Positions 42,234-50,893 of a stretch of DNA of 57,964 bases are shown piece by piece. The first letter of the stretch is position 1; each line of letters starts with the position of its first letter. The DNA lies in IMG/VR virus record IMGVR_UViG_3300045988_085825; one strand, 5' to 3'. A program made the position numbers and the translations under genes. Under the pieces are notes generated by a model, which saw only the letters and a program-made list of their open reading frames with translations, was not told where the DNA came from and made no database searches. The stretch comes from a virus.

Positions 42234-43007
42234 ATGTTTAATGGCAACAATACACCTTTTACGATGCCGGTAATGCCTGCTAACACAGGTGGTTACGGAA
42301 ATGGTGGAGCATGGGGAGACGGCGGATGGCTCTGGATCATCGTCGTATTCGCACTTCTTTTTGGCTGGGGTAACAACGGCTGGGGAGGATTTGGCGGAGG
42401 AAACGGCGGTGGTTATGTAGCAACAGCAGCTACCCAGGCAGACATCCAGCGTGGTTTTGATAATCAGGCGGTTATCAGCAAACTTGACGGAATTTCTAAT
42501 GGATTGTGTGATGGTTTTTATGCCGTGAATAACGGTATGCTTACCGGATTCAATGGAATCAACACAAACATCATGCAGACCGGATTTGGAATTCAGCAGG
42601 CAATCAATGCAGATACCATTGCCAATATGCAGAACACCAATGCATTGCAGGCACAGCTTGCAAATTGCTGCTGCGAAACCCGTGAAGCTATTCAGGGTGT
42701 AAACTACAATATGGCACAGAATACCTGCGCTTTGCAGAACACAATGAACAGCAACACCAGAGACATCATCGACAGTCAGAATGCAGGAACCCGTGCAATC
42801 CTTGACTATCTGTGCCAGGAGAAAATCTCTGCTCTTCAGGCAGAGAATAGTGATCTTCGTCGGGCAGCTTCTCAGGATCGCCAGAGCGCACTGCTCACCA
42901 ATGCAATGTCTGCTCAGACACAGCAGATCATTGATGCGGTACGTCCGACACCGGTTCCATCATATCCGGCATCTAACCTTTATGGTTATGCAGGTTGCGG
43001 ATGCTGA
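42234..43007 (+). CDS. Gly-rich membrane protein with Asn/Gln-rich coiled region and C-terminal CGC
   Basis: GGYGNGGAWGDGGW, the TM segment LWIIVVFALLFGW, GGFGGGNGGG, then an N/Q-rich region. Start at ATG 42234 after GGAGG. Confidence 0.5.
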   Translation: MFNGNNTPFTMPVMPANTGGYGNGGAWGDGGWLWIIVVFALLFGWGNNGWGGFGGGNGGGYVATAATQADIQRGFDNQAVISKLDGISNGLCDGFYAVNNGMLTGFNGINTNIMQTGFGIQQAINADTIANMQNTNALQAQLANCCCETREAIQGVNYNMAQNTCALQNTMNSNTRDIIDSQNAGTRAILDYLCQEKISALQAENSDLRRAASQDRQSALLTNAMSAQTQQIIDAVRPTPVPSYPASNLYGYAGCGC

Positions 43008-43110
43008 CAACAAAATAATTGTAACTTAACCAAACAGGTTATGTCTGCATAGCAGAATTACACAGGGCAGGCTTAACAGTCTGCCCTTATCATTTATGGA
43101 GGTAAATATT

Positions 43111-43533
43111 ATGGCTGAATTTGTAACTGTAGCTGCTCAGGAAGTAGCGCAGAACGGTAATGTGGTTTTTTCAAACACAGCGGTAAAAGCAGGAAACTGC
43201 ATCAAACACCGGGAAGGTTCCGGAATCATCACTTTAAGAGGACTTACTAACCAGTGTCGTGCAAGATATTTTGTGGATTTTTCCGCAAATATCGCAGTAC
43301 CGGCAGGTGGGACAGCAGGTGAAATTTCTCTGGCAATCGCAATCAGTGGAGAACCGGTTCTTTCATCTCAAATGCGTTCCACTCCGGCAGCAGTATCGCA
43401 GTATAACAACGTGTCCGCTGGAATCTATGTAGATGTACCGGCAGGATGTTGCGTGAACATTGCGGTTGAAAATACCAGTACGCAGGCTATTGACGTAGCA
43501 AATGCCAATATCGTTGTAACTAGGGAGGCGTAA
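43111..43533 (+). CDS. Beta-sandwich protein (BclA-C/C1q-like, tentative)
   Basis: 141 aa. The alternating beta pattern GSGIITLRG...YFVDFSANIAVPAGGTAGEISLAIAISG resembles exosporium BclA C-terminal domains (recall only). Confidence 0.4.
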   Translation: MAEFVTVAAQEVAQNGNVVFSNTAVKAGNCIKHREGSGIITLRGLTNQCRARYFVDFSANIAVPAGGTAGEISLAIAISGEPVLSSQMRSTPAAVSQYNNVSAGIYVDVPAGCCVNIAVENTSTQAIDVANANIVVTREA

Positions 43534-43538
43534 AAGCT

Positions 43539-44186
43539 ATGGATGTTAAGAGAATGTATTGCATGAGTGAAAAGCTGGCTGAATGTGCCGAGAAGCAGTT
43601 TGATGCCGGAATCGAAAATATTGATACTTCCGAGATGGGACAGGTCGTAGACATGATGAAAGATCTGGCAGAAGCTATGTACTATCGGGAGCTGACAAAA
43701 GCCATGCAGGAATTTGATGCAGAAGATGTAATGGAAATGCTTGACCGTTATGGAGATGGACGGAAGTTTTACGATCATTACCGGTATGCAGATGGAAGAT
43801 TTGCACCAAAAGGACGTGGAACATACCGCCGTGGCTATGAGGAGCCGCCTTACTACCACATGACACCGGAAATGTACCGGAATATGGAGCAGTACCGGGA
43901 TATGGACAGAGATTCTGGCAGAATGTATTATACAGAGCCGTCGATGAGTTCTGACTCTGGTAGTCACATGGAAAGCCGGTATGATATGGCTAAACGCAAT
44001 TATACCGAGAGCAAAGAACTTCACCGTGGCAATACGGCGGAAGACAAGGAACACAAAATGAAAGAGTTGGAAAAGTACATGCGTGAGATCGGTTCTGACA
44101 TCGCGGAAGTGATTTCTGATGCATCATCAGAGGAAAAAGCTCTTCTCAAGCAAAAACTGCAAGTTATCATGCAGAAAATCCAGTAA
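43539..44186 (+). CDS. Tyr/Arg/Met/Asp-rich hypothetical protein
   Basis: 215-aa low-complexity ORF. Confidence 0.5.
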   Translation: MDVKRMYCMSEKLAECAEKQFDAGIENIDTSEMGQVVDMMKDLAEAMYYRELTKAMQEFDAEDVMEMLDRYGDGRKFYDHYRYADGRFAPKGRGTYRRGYEEPPYYHMTPEMYRNMEQYRDMDRDSGRMYYTEPSMSSDSGSHMESRYDMAKRNYTESKELHRGNTAEDKEHKMKELEKYMREIGSDIAEVISDASSEEKALLKQKLQVIMQKIQ

Positions 44187-44234
44187 AAAGTGCAGGGTGG
44201 TGCGGTTTTGCATCACCCTTTTTGAGGTGCAATT

Positions 44235-44555
44235 ATGTTTGAAATCAATGGAGTAAAATGGAATATAGAATTTGTTCCGGTTACAAGTCCATTTCTGAAA
44301 CGCTCTGACGGCTCACAAAGCGTTGGTGTGACAGATGCCAATACTTCTACGGTTTACCTGTCAAACAGGATTAAAGGGGCATTTCTGCGCCGTGTGACGG
44401 CACACGAACTCTGCCATTGTTTCTGCTTTTCTTTCAACATACATATGCCAATGGAGCAGGAAGAATATCTGGCAGACTGGGTAAGCTTATACGGGACAGA
44501 TTTGATCTACTTACTGGATGATTTGATGGGAAGCCTGATCAGAAAATTTGCATAA
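44235..44555 (+). CDS. Putative HExxH metallopeptidase-like protein
   Basis: 106 aa with the motif TAHELCHCF. Confidence 0.5.
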   Translation: MFEINGVKWNIEFVPVTSPFLKRSDGSQSVGVTDANTSTVYLSNRIKGAFLRRVTAHELCHCFCFSFNIHMPMEQEEYLADWVSLYGTDLIYLLDDLMGSLIRKFA

Positions 44556-45181
44556 AAATGCAAAAAATTTTTTCGGTTTTTCAAAAAACTTATAGGAGAT
44601 TTTAATACCCCCCTATATCTCGTTTTCTCATCCAAAAATCGGTTACAGGGTCGGTGAAAAAGTGGTGAAATTTTGTGAAATTTTTTTTGAAATTTCCTTG
44701 TCACGGAAGGTGAGAAGGTCGAGCTGAACAGTCCGCCGGCTTTCCCCTGGTGCAATGCGGCAACATTAACACCGAAACCGGTGAGAAAGAATGCTATGAA
44801 TATATTTTTAATATACCACTACCGGCGCGCACCGTCAACCAGCACACGCCCGGCGGGCTTCTGTTTCTAATCATTTCCAGATCCTCCAAATTTTGCATAG
44901 CACGACCCGCCACCCGTCCGCGTCCCGTCCCACGGCTGATAGGGTGTTAGATCTGCGCTTTGCTGGACGATATCGCCGCCCGTTTGCGCTGCCTGACTCC
45001 GGCAGAGGGTGAAAGGGTTGACAAGTGCCCGGCTTGCTCCAGATCTGCGGACGGGCGCATGGATCCGGTGCAAGTGCTTTTTTGTTTGGCTGCCAAAAAT
45101 GCGCAGCTATGCCGCTATTAGATCGCGAATCTATCGCCGGACGTTATCCGAGTAGCGGAAAAAGGGCGGACAGAATCCACC

Positions 45182-45448
45182 CTATATCATGCAGAAATCA
45201 CCAGGAAAACCGGTTGCAACTATCATTTTCCCATCTGGGCGACGGTAAACAACCCCGCACCCGTCCGAAAAGGTTGACCATACAAGCCAACCTGGCGGCG
45301 TGAGGTTTTCGCCGGTCTTATAATCCCGGAACGCATAACGCGGAGTGATCCCGCTTTTTTCTTGCTCCAATGCGTTGTTAATCGCCTGCGATTCTGTCAC
45401 AAGCTCAACGCCGTTTTTTGTGTGCAAAGCATAGTTATTTTCTTTCAT
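45182..45448 (-). CDS. Hypothetical protein (GC-rich island)
   Basis: 88 aa, AAGGAG RBS on the minus strand. Confidence 0.5.
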   Translation of the reverse strand: MKENNYALHTKNGVELVTESQAINNALEQEKSGITPRYAFRDYKTGENLTPPGWLVWSTFSDGCGVVYRRPDGKMIVATGFPGDFCMI

Positions 45449-45521
45449 GTTTTATTTCTCCTTTTCAATTTCATAAAACCGCCGCCGGTAGTGATCCGGC
45501 GGGCATCCTCTGCGGCGGCTA

Positions 45522-45698
45522 TTAGGCTTTTTTATATCCGTTTTCGGCGGCGTATTTTTCAAGGTCTTGCAACGTTTCAAACGTTGCAATTGTCATTCCT
45601 ACGCTTTTAGTGATTCTTTCTATTGCGTACATTCCGCAATTATAAAAACATGCGTAAAATTTCATATTCCCTTTTTTGAGCAAAAATAATTTTTTCAT
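45522..45698 (-). CDS. Hypothetical protein (GC-rich island)
   Basis: Start moved to ATG 45698, 8 nt after AAGGAGG. Confidence 0.45.
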   Translation of the reverse strand: MKKLFLLKKGNMKFYACFYNCGMYAIERITKSVGMTIATFETLQDLEKYAAENGYKKA

Positions 45699-45711
45699 TG
45701 TCAATTCCTCC

Positions 45712-45984
45712 TTATTCGGTCGCTACCAGTTCTGAGCCCTCGCTTGCCACATCCGGAAGAAACGTCCCCAAGCATTCAACCGGAATAAATAAATTGTATC
45801 CTTCAAAACTCTTGAAGTGTGCCAGGCCTTCGCAGATGGAAATATATACATATTCGCGGAAGTCTGCAAAATTAAAATATAATCCGCCTATGTGGTAATA
45901 TTCGGCAGCTTCTGCGGCTGTCTCTTTCTTGACCTGTTCGAGGCTCATCGTAAGCCGTCCGTTTTCGTCCCTATATTTTTTCAT
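45712..45984 (-). CDS. Hypothetical protein (GC-rich island)
   Basis: Start moved to the internal ATG 45984 (MKKYRDENG). Confidence 0.5.
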   Translation of the reverse strand: MKKYRDENGRLTMSLEQVKKETAAEAAEYYHIGGLYFNFADFREYVYISICEGLAHFKSFEGYNLFIPVECLGTFLPDVASEGSELVATE

Positions 45985-46061
45985 GTTTTCCCTTTCTAGC
46001 CTACCATCATCAGAGCCGGGAGGCTGTCCCACGGCTGACGCCCTCACGGGCGTTTCGGCTG

Positions 46062-46319
46062 TTATGCTGTCAGCTTTTTAACTGCTTTCCGCTTTCTTTC
46101 GTTTTCTTTCTGGCTTATGCTGGAATCATCAAAAACCACTTTGAACCCGTCAAAAATAATTGTTGCGGCCATTTTGTACGGGTTGATCTCTGGAAAGCTG
46201 CAAACGTATTCTATAACGTTCATTCTAACCTGTCCCATTTCCTTACCGAGCCTTTCAAGGTCATTTTTGTAAAATTCAAACATCCTTTTTTCTTTCTGCG
46301 CTGCTGTTTCGTTTCTCAT
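46062..46319 (-). CDS. Hypothetical protein (GC-rich island)
   Basis: 85-aa ORF with an RBS. Confidence 0.5.
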   Translation of the reverse strand: MRNETAAQKEKRMFEFYKNDLERLGKEMGQVRMNVIEYVCSFPEINPYKMAATIIFDGFKVVFDDSSISQKENERKRKAVKKLTA

Positions 46320-46404
46320 GATATTCCCATTCCTTTCTATTTTGTGCCCTGTCTCATCGGTGCAGGTGGGGCAGTTCCTGCAGACCGCCGGGTGGCGGTT
46401 TCGA

Positions 46405-46785
46405 CTATGATATTTTCATGAAAATATCAATCGTGAGTTCTGCGGCGGCTCTTTTTCTGTCGATCCAGTAGCCGCGCCTTTTGCTTTTTAATGCCTTGGA
46501 TGCCGTCTGGAGGCTATTAACTCCAACGCTTGCGGCATCGTTTAATTTTTCCCATTCCTCCGGTGTGACTCTTATAGCTTTAAGAGTTGCCGGATTGATT
46601 TCATAATTTTCTTTATCTTCCGGGTGCAGGTCTTCGCATATCGGAATATATTCGTGTGTTCCCATGTTCTCGCCAATATTCCAGACAAAGAAGTTCGCCG
46701 GGATTCTTCCGACAATTTCGAATACATCCGTCTTTCCGAATGACTCGGAATATATTTTTCCGTTTTCAATTTTAATATTTACCAT
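46405..46785 (-). CDS. Hypothetical protein, first gene of the minus-strand island operon
   Basis: 126 aa, GGAGGAAAACAAA-ATG. Confidence 0.55.
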   Translation of the reverse strand: MVNIKIENGKIYSESFGKTDVFEIVGRIPANFFVWNIGENMGTHEYIPICEDLHPEDKENYEINPATLKAIRVTPEEWEKLNDAASVGVNSLQTASKALKSKRRGYWIDRKRAAAELTIDIFMKIS

Positions 46786-46827
46786 TTTGTTTTCCTCCGG
46801 TTCTTTATTTGATGGTTTTATTATATC

Positions 46828-47219
46828 AAATTAAGCACTAATTACAATTGACAAAATAAACAAAATTAAGCACTAACTATAAAAAGATTTTTGTGCATAA
46901 TTATTAAGCACTAAAAAAGTGTTGACAATTAATAGAAATAGCATCTATAATAAGGAAAACAGAAACAGGAGGATTGAACAAATGCCAGAAATGACAGCAG
47001 AAGAAAAAGCAATAAAGAACCGTGAAGCGGTGAAAAAATGCATGAAAAACAAAGATAGAATCAACGTAATTCTCCCACAAGGAACGATTGACCGAATAAA
47101 CTCATATGGATTGAAAACAAGTTCTTTTGCTAGAGAATTGATTCTATCAGAGCTTGATAAAATGGATAGAATGAAAAAATAAAATTAAGCACTAAAAAGT
47201 GTTGACAATTAAGCACTAA
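46828..47219. repeat. Five copies of ATTAAGCACTAA (candidate operators)
   Basis: Copies at 46828, 46863, 46901, 47182 and 47206. Three overlap or abut promoters: TTGACA 46922 with TATAAT 46946, and TTGACA 47202 with TATTAT 47225. Confidence 0.7.
46982..47182 (+). CDS. Ribbon-helix-helix (CopG/Arc-like) regulator
   Basis: Start at ATG 46982 after GGAGG. Beta-strand RINVILPQGTIDRIN followed by helices (SSFARELILSEL). Confidence 0.6.
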   Translation: MPEMTAEEKAIKNREAVKKCMKNKDRINVILPQGTIDRINSYGLKTSSFARELILSELDKMDRMKK

Positions 47220-47273
47220 AGTGCTATTATAATATTGTCGAAAGGCAATAGGCGAAAGCCGGAAAGGGGAAAT

Positions 47274-47408
47274 ATGGAAGATATGCAAATGACAGAAGTA
47301 GCACGGCTGATTGAAGGTCTCAGAGCTGCCGGATGGGATGAAAAGAAAATCAATGATTTTCTGCTTTACATTGAAACCGGCAAAGACGAGTACAAGCCGA
47401 CAAAGTAA
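47274..47408 (+). CDS. Small hypothetical protein (44 aa, not in ORF track)
   Basis: ATG 47274 after AAAGGGGA. Confidence 0.4.
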   Translation: MEDMQMTEVARLIEGLRAAGWDEKKINDFLLYIETGKDEYKPTK

Positions 47409-47458
47409 CACCACCGGGGCGGGCAACCGCCCCACACAATGGAAAGGGAGGGGAAAAA

Positions 47459-47647
47459 ATGGAACGTTTGAAGAATGTATATCTAGTAACTGCAAAAACT
47501 TCTGAAACTTGGGAAAAGAAGAAATATATATTTTCTCACAGCCCAGAAAATGCAGCTAAGAAAATGCGTGTATATGTCGAGAGATCCGGACAGAAGTTTA
47601 TAGATTTATTAAATGTCCAGCTTGTAATAAAAGATGTGATATATTGA
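47459..47647 (+). CDS. Hypothetical protein
   Basis: 62 aa, GGGAGGGG RBS. Confidence 0.45.
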   Translation: MERLKNVYLVTAKTSETWEKKKYIFSHSPENAAKKMRVYVERSGQKFIDLLNVQLVIKDVIY

Positions 47648-48006
47648 TATATTATGCATAAAATATGAATAACTATTCATATTTACTTTTTCACCTGGTA
47701 GTGATATTCTGAAATCACCGAAGAAGCCACCCCAATAGACTCATAGGCGTATTATATGAGCTGTACATTGATAACTAAATAGCAACTAGAACCAGAGCAG
47801 GCCAGCGGATCAAAATCCGGTTTAGGTCTGCTTTTTGTGTGCAAAAAACCGGCAGTTCTCGCGCGAATAATATAAACCTTTTATACAGTCTATAAGTATA
47901 TATAATATATAATACGTCTATAGATCTATGGGTCTTCTGAGGTAAAAGTAGTATATATAAATATATATAAGGCAATATATAAGCCAGGTAGATAAATAAA
48001 ACAGTA

Positions 48007-48201
48007 TTGACAAATTGAGAGATTATGGATATTATTATAACTAACTTAAGCCGAGGCGCGCAGGTTCTCCCAGAGTCCGTAGAGGGATAAAAGAGCCGAA
48101 CAACGCGAGAGGTAGTAAGAGCAAGGACGGACAGAAACACAAGCAAAGTGTAGCACGCTCGTAGATCAGACTTTAACAGGTCTTTTCTACGGGCGTTTTT
48201 T
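48007..48201 (+). promoter_or_regulatory. Promoter, GC-rich structured leader and intrinsic terminator upstream of terS (leader A)
   Basis: TTGACA 48007, 17-nt spacer, TATTAT 48030. The 10-bp stem 48156..48165/48186..48195 is followed by T6. It shares GAGCAAGGACGG (48119..48130) with leader B. Confidence 0.55.
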
Positions 48202-48234
48202 ATTTCCCAGAAATCCCAGAAGGAGGTGCAGAGC

Positions 48235-48888
48235 ATGGAAAAAGTAACAGACTTTCAACCGGATCAAGAAGTTTTTGAGACTAACATAGATATGTATCTG
48301 CGCCTGTACTGCGAAAGGCGAAATATAGAGGACATGAGAAAAGAGAGTCAGAGCATTTGGAATGCAGCACTTATGTTTATACGCCGTGAAGTATTTAGAG
48401 ATCGTGAAGCGTTTAGAAATAAGAATCTTATAACTGACACTAATTGTATTATGAACAGTACATGTAATACATATAACTATGATCTAATAGACAGAGTATG
48501 TGATCATTATATATATTTGTGTATGGAGTATGAGAAAGAAATAAGTGTTCTAGGTTTTAGTAATTTAACTGGAATACCTGATGGAACCATATATGATTGG
48601 GGCTACAATCCAAGGGAACTAAGCCGCAAGGGTTCCGAGATTCACAAAAAGCTGTTGAAATACAACGAGGAAAGTTTGGAAAATAAGCTTGCATCGGGCA
48701 AGGCCAACCCCGTTGGAGTGATTGCAATACTTAACAGGCGGCATGGCTGGGCAAGCCCATATACGGCAGATAGCAACCGCCAGAGGTCGCAGGCATTAAC
48801 GGCGGATCAGCTACCCCAATTGGGACAAAAAGACCTTGTTTGTCTGCCTGGGATGGACAAAAACGACAATAGCACAGAGACAAACTAA
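48235..48888 (+). CDS. terS: Terminase small subunit
   Basis: ATG 48235, 8 nt after AGGAGG. The segment GFSNLTGIPDGTIYDWG...NPVGVIAILNRRHGW is typical of TerS (recall). Confidence 0.65.
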   Translation: MEKVTDFQPDQEVFETNIDMYLRLYCERRNIEDMRKESQSIWNAALMFIRREVFRDREAFRNKNLITDTNCIMNSTCNTYNYDLIDRVCDHYIYLCMEYEKEISVLGFSNLTGIPDGTIYDWGYNPRELSRKGSEIHKKLLKYNEESLENKLASGKANPVGVIAILNRRHGWASPYTADSNRQRSQALTADQLPQLGQKDLVCLPGMDKNDNSTETN

Positions 48889-49078
48889 ATATAGTATAGC
48901 AAAAGCCATATACATACAATATCTAGTATATTTTTACAACATGTCGTCAAATAGTTATTTTGCGACATGTTCAAGGACCAGAAAAGCACAGGGGAGGGGG
49001 TCTGAATGGACCGGAAAAACCGCCCTACTAAGTCCCTCAAATTTCCGAAAAAACAAAAAGACCTTAAGGAGTAAAGCA

Positions 49079-49414
49079 ATGACCGGAAGCGAATATCAGA
49101 AATTAGCAATGCGGACATGTAATATACCGCCGGAGAATAAATCAGACAGATTTTATCATGCAGTATTTGGTTTGAACAGTGAAGCTGGCGAAGTAGCAGG
49201 AATCCTGCAAAAGAAATACCAGGGACATAAAGCAGATAAGCAGCACATGATGAAAGAGCTTGGTGACTGCCTGTGGATGATTGCCGAAGCCTGCGAAGCT
49301 ATTGGAACTAGCATGGATACGGTAATGGAAATGAACATTGAGAAATTGAAAGCACGGTATCCGGATGGATTTGAGGTGGAAAGATCACTTCACAGGGAAG
49401 ATGGGGATGTATAA
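49079..49414 (+). CDS. MazG-like nucleotide pyrophosphohydrolase
   Basis: YQKLAMRT...GLNSEAGEVAGILQK...ELGDCLWMIAEA. Start at ATG 49079 after AAGGAG. Confidence 0.75.
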   Translation: MTGSEYQKLAMRTCNIPPENKSDRFYHAVFGLNSEAGEVAGILQKKYQGHKADKQHMMKELGDCLWMIAEACEAIGTSMDTVMEMNIEKLKARYPDGFEVERSLHREDGDV

Positions 49415-49662
49415 TGGCAGACAATGTAAATCATCCGTCACACTACGAGACAGGAAAATTTGAGTGTATCGAGGTTATGCTGGAAACACAGGGGATTGAA
49501 GCTGTTAAGAATTTCTGCATCTGCAACGCGTTCAAGTATCTTTACCGGCACTGCGGGAAAAACGGACTGGAAGACGTGAAAAAGGCAGGATGGTATATCC
49601 GAAAATACATTGAGCTGAAAGAGGGTAATGTGAATGAAGATCGGGAGCAAGGAAATCAATGA
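49414..49662 (+). CDS. DUF3310-like protein
   Basis: NHPSHYETGKFECIEVM...FCICNAFKYLYR pattern. Confidence 0.65.
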   Translation: MADNVNHPSHYETGKFECIEVMLETQGIEAVKNFCICNAFKYLYRHCGKNGLEDVKKAGWYIRKYIELKEGNVNEDREQGNQ

Positions 49663-49795
49663 TGAATGCCAGAACTGCTCGGAAGTCCTACAATGCGAAT
49701 TGTTCCGTCAGGGGCATGGGATCGGACAGCAACGAGAAAATGTAGCTACTATGATCGTTTGCCAGTTGGAGCATCAGGGCAAGCGAAAGAAATAA

Positions 49796-49868
49796 TGGGG
49801 TATCGCCAAGTGGCTAAGGCACAGGATTTTGACTCCTACATTCGCCGGTTCAAATCCGGCTATCCCAG
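49796..49868 (+). tRNA. tRNA-Gln (anticodon UUG)
   Basis: Hand-folded cloverleaf: acceptor TGGGGTA/TATCCCA, T-arm GCCGG-TTCAAAT-CCGGC, anticodon loop TTTTGAC. Closely resembles bacterial tRNA-Gln. No encoded CCA. Confidence 0.85.
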
Positions 49869-50160
49869 TTTGGGAGTTGCCGCTCCCAGAAACCATATGG
49901 CATGTTTTTCATATAGTTTCTCCTTTTAAGACCCACTAGCGGAAAGCTGATTAAAGAGCCATCGCACGGCTCGGTGGGTTTTGGGTTTCGCTGCGGTAGT
50001 TACCCGTGGATTTCATCATTCCCTGTACAAAAGAATCGCAGCAGGCGATTGTATCAAAAGTGTGGTGCCTTGGCGCAATCGTCTCAGTTCGCCGTCAACG
50101 TAAAGGCTGGCAGGTGCTTGCATATCACCTAAAACGTCATGGAGCTGACATATGCAATTT

Positions 50161-50232
50161 TGGAACATAGCTCAGTGGTAGAGCTTCCGGCTTATATCCG
50201 GAGAGTCCCGGGTTCGATTCCTGGTGTTCCAA
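50161..50232 (+). tRNA. tRNA-Ile (anticodon UAU)
   Basis: Acceptor TGGAACA/TGTTCCA, D-arm GCTC-AGTGGTA-GAGC, anticodon arm TCCGG-CTTATAT-CCGGA, T-arm CCGGG-TTCGATT-CCTGG. Confidence 0.8.
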
Positions 50233-50301
50233 TTTTCTTTTGACAGCACATCAAGCTCATGGTGATGCTCTATCCCGAATTTTGAAATGGAGGGGAAGAA
50301 A

Positions 50302-50538
50302 ATGTTCAGAAAACTTTTCAACATGTGGATCAGATATAAAACAAAGAATCTCACCCGGATTCCGCTGTTTACAATGGTACTTGATTACCGGAAGTATCAG
50401 CAAGATGGCAAGCCGGGGAGCTGCACATTTTACGCTCACCCAGACATTGCTCAGGATGAATTTGTGAAAGAGAAACTTGGTGAAGTTGTTGACCATATCC
50501 GGGATAATTACGATCTGGATATTTTTACGAGGGTTTGA
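50302..50538 (+). CDS. Hypothetical protein
   Basis: Start at ATG 50302 after GGAGGGGAAG. Confidence 0.45.
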   Translation: MFRKLFNMWIRYKTKNLTRIPLFTMVLDYRKYQQDGKPGSCTFYAHPDIAQDEFVKEKLGEVVDHIRDNYDLDIFTRV

Positions 50539-50540
50539 AT

Positions 50541-50729
50541 ATGTGTGAATTTTGCGATGGCAGAGAGAAAAGGATTGAAAACGGGTTCACGTATGGAAAT
50601 GCTCATATAGTAAAAACTAATTATGGCTACACCTATTCGCTTCGCTATGACAATAGCGCTAATGAATACGGAGAAGGGGCATTTGAGATTAACTATTGCC
50701 CTATCTGCGGCAGAAAGTTGGTGGAATAA
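50541..50729 (+). CDS. Zinc-ribbon hypothetical protein
   Basis: CEFCDG...CPICG. Confidence 0.45.
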   Translation: MCEFCDGREKRIENGFTYGNAHIVKTNYGYTYSLRYDNSANEYGEGAFEINYCPICGRKLVE

Positions 50730-50893
50730 TGGAACATCGAAAAGAATGGCACACTTGCGACAGGTGCGGTGCAGAAATTAAAAAAGGAATATTGTGCGGA
50801 AATTCGATTACAAAGAATGGTATTTTAAATGTCACATACGACTTGTGTTGTAAATGCATGGAAGATTTTGAGAGGTTTATGAAGAGTGAGTAA
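50729..50893 (+). CDS. Zinc-ribbon hypothetical protein
   Basis: Start coupled by a TAATG overlap. Contains CDRCG...CCKC. Confidence 0.45.
   Translation: MEHRKEWHTCDRCGAEIKKGILCGNSITKNGILNVTYDLCCKCMEDFERFMKSE

Noticed and set aside
43425-44054. 209-aa minus-strand ORF
   Set aside because: It is antisense to two RBS-supported plus-strand genes in the cargo cluster.
44867-45303. ORFs of 68 aa (-) and 92 aa (+) in the GC-rich non-coding stretch
   Set aside because: Neither has an RBS, the Arg/Gly/Ala-rich composition is typical of random GC-rich frames, and the two overlap each other.
46828-47219. Possible CRISPR-like array from the repeated ATTAAGCACTAA
   Set aside because: The repeats are only 12-14 bp and irregularly spaced, and they overlap promoters and a gene. 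This fits operators, not a CRISPR array. No CRISPR array was seen anywhere in the window.
47775-48236. 153-aa minus-strand ORF upstream of terS
   Set aside because: It covers TATA-rich low-complexity DNA plus the plus-strand promoter, leader and terminator. There is no RBS, and the composition is implausible (Leu/Ile/Tyr runs).
49666-49929. 87-aa plus-strand ORF
   Set aside because: It reads straight through tRNA-Gln (49796..49868). A shorter Cys-rich ORF at 49634..49795 is possible but unsupported.
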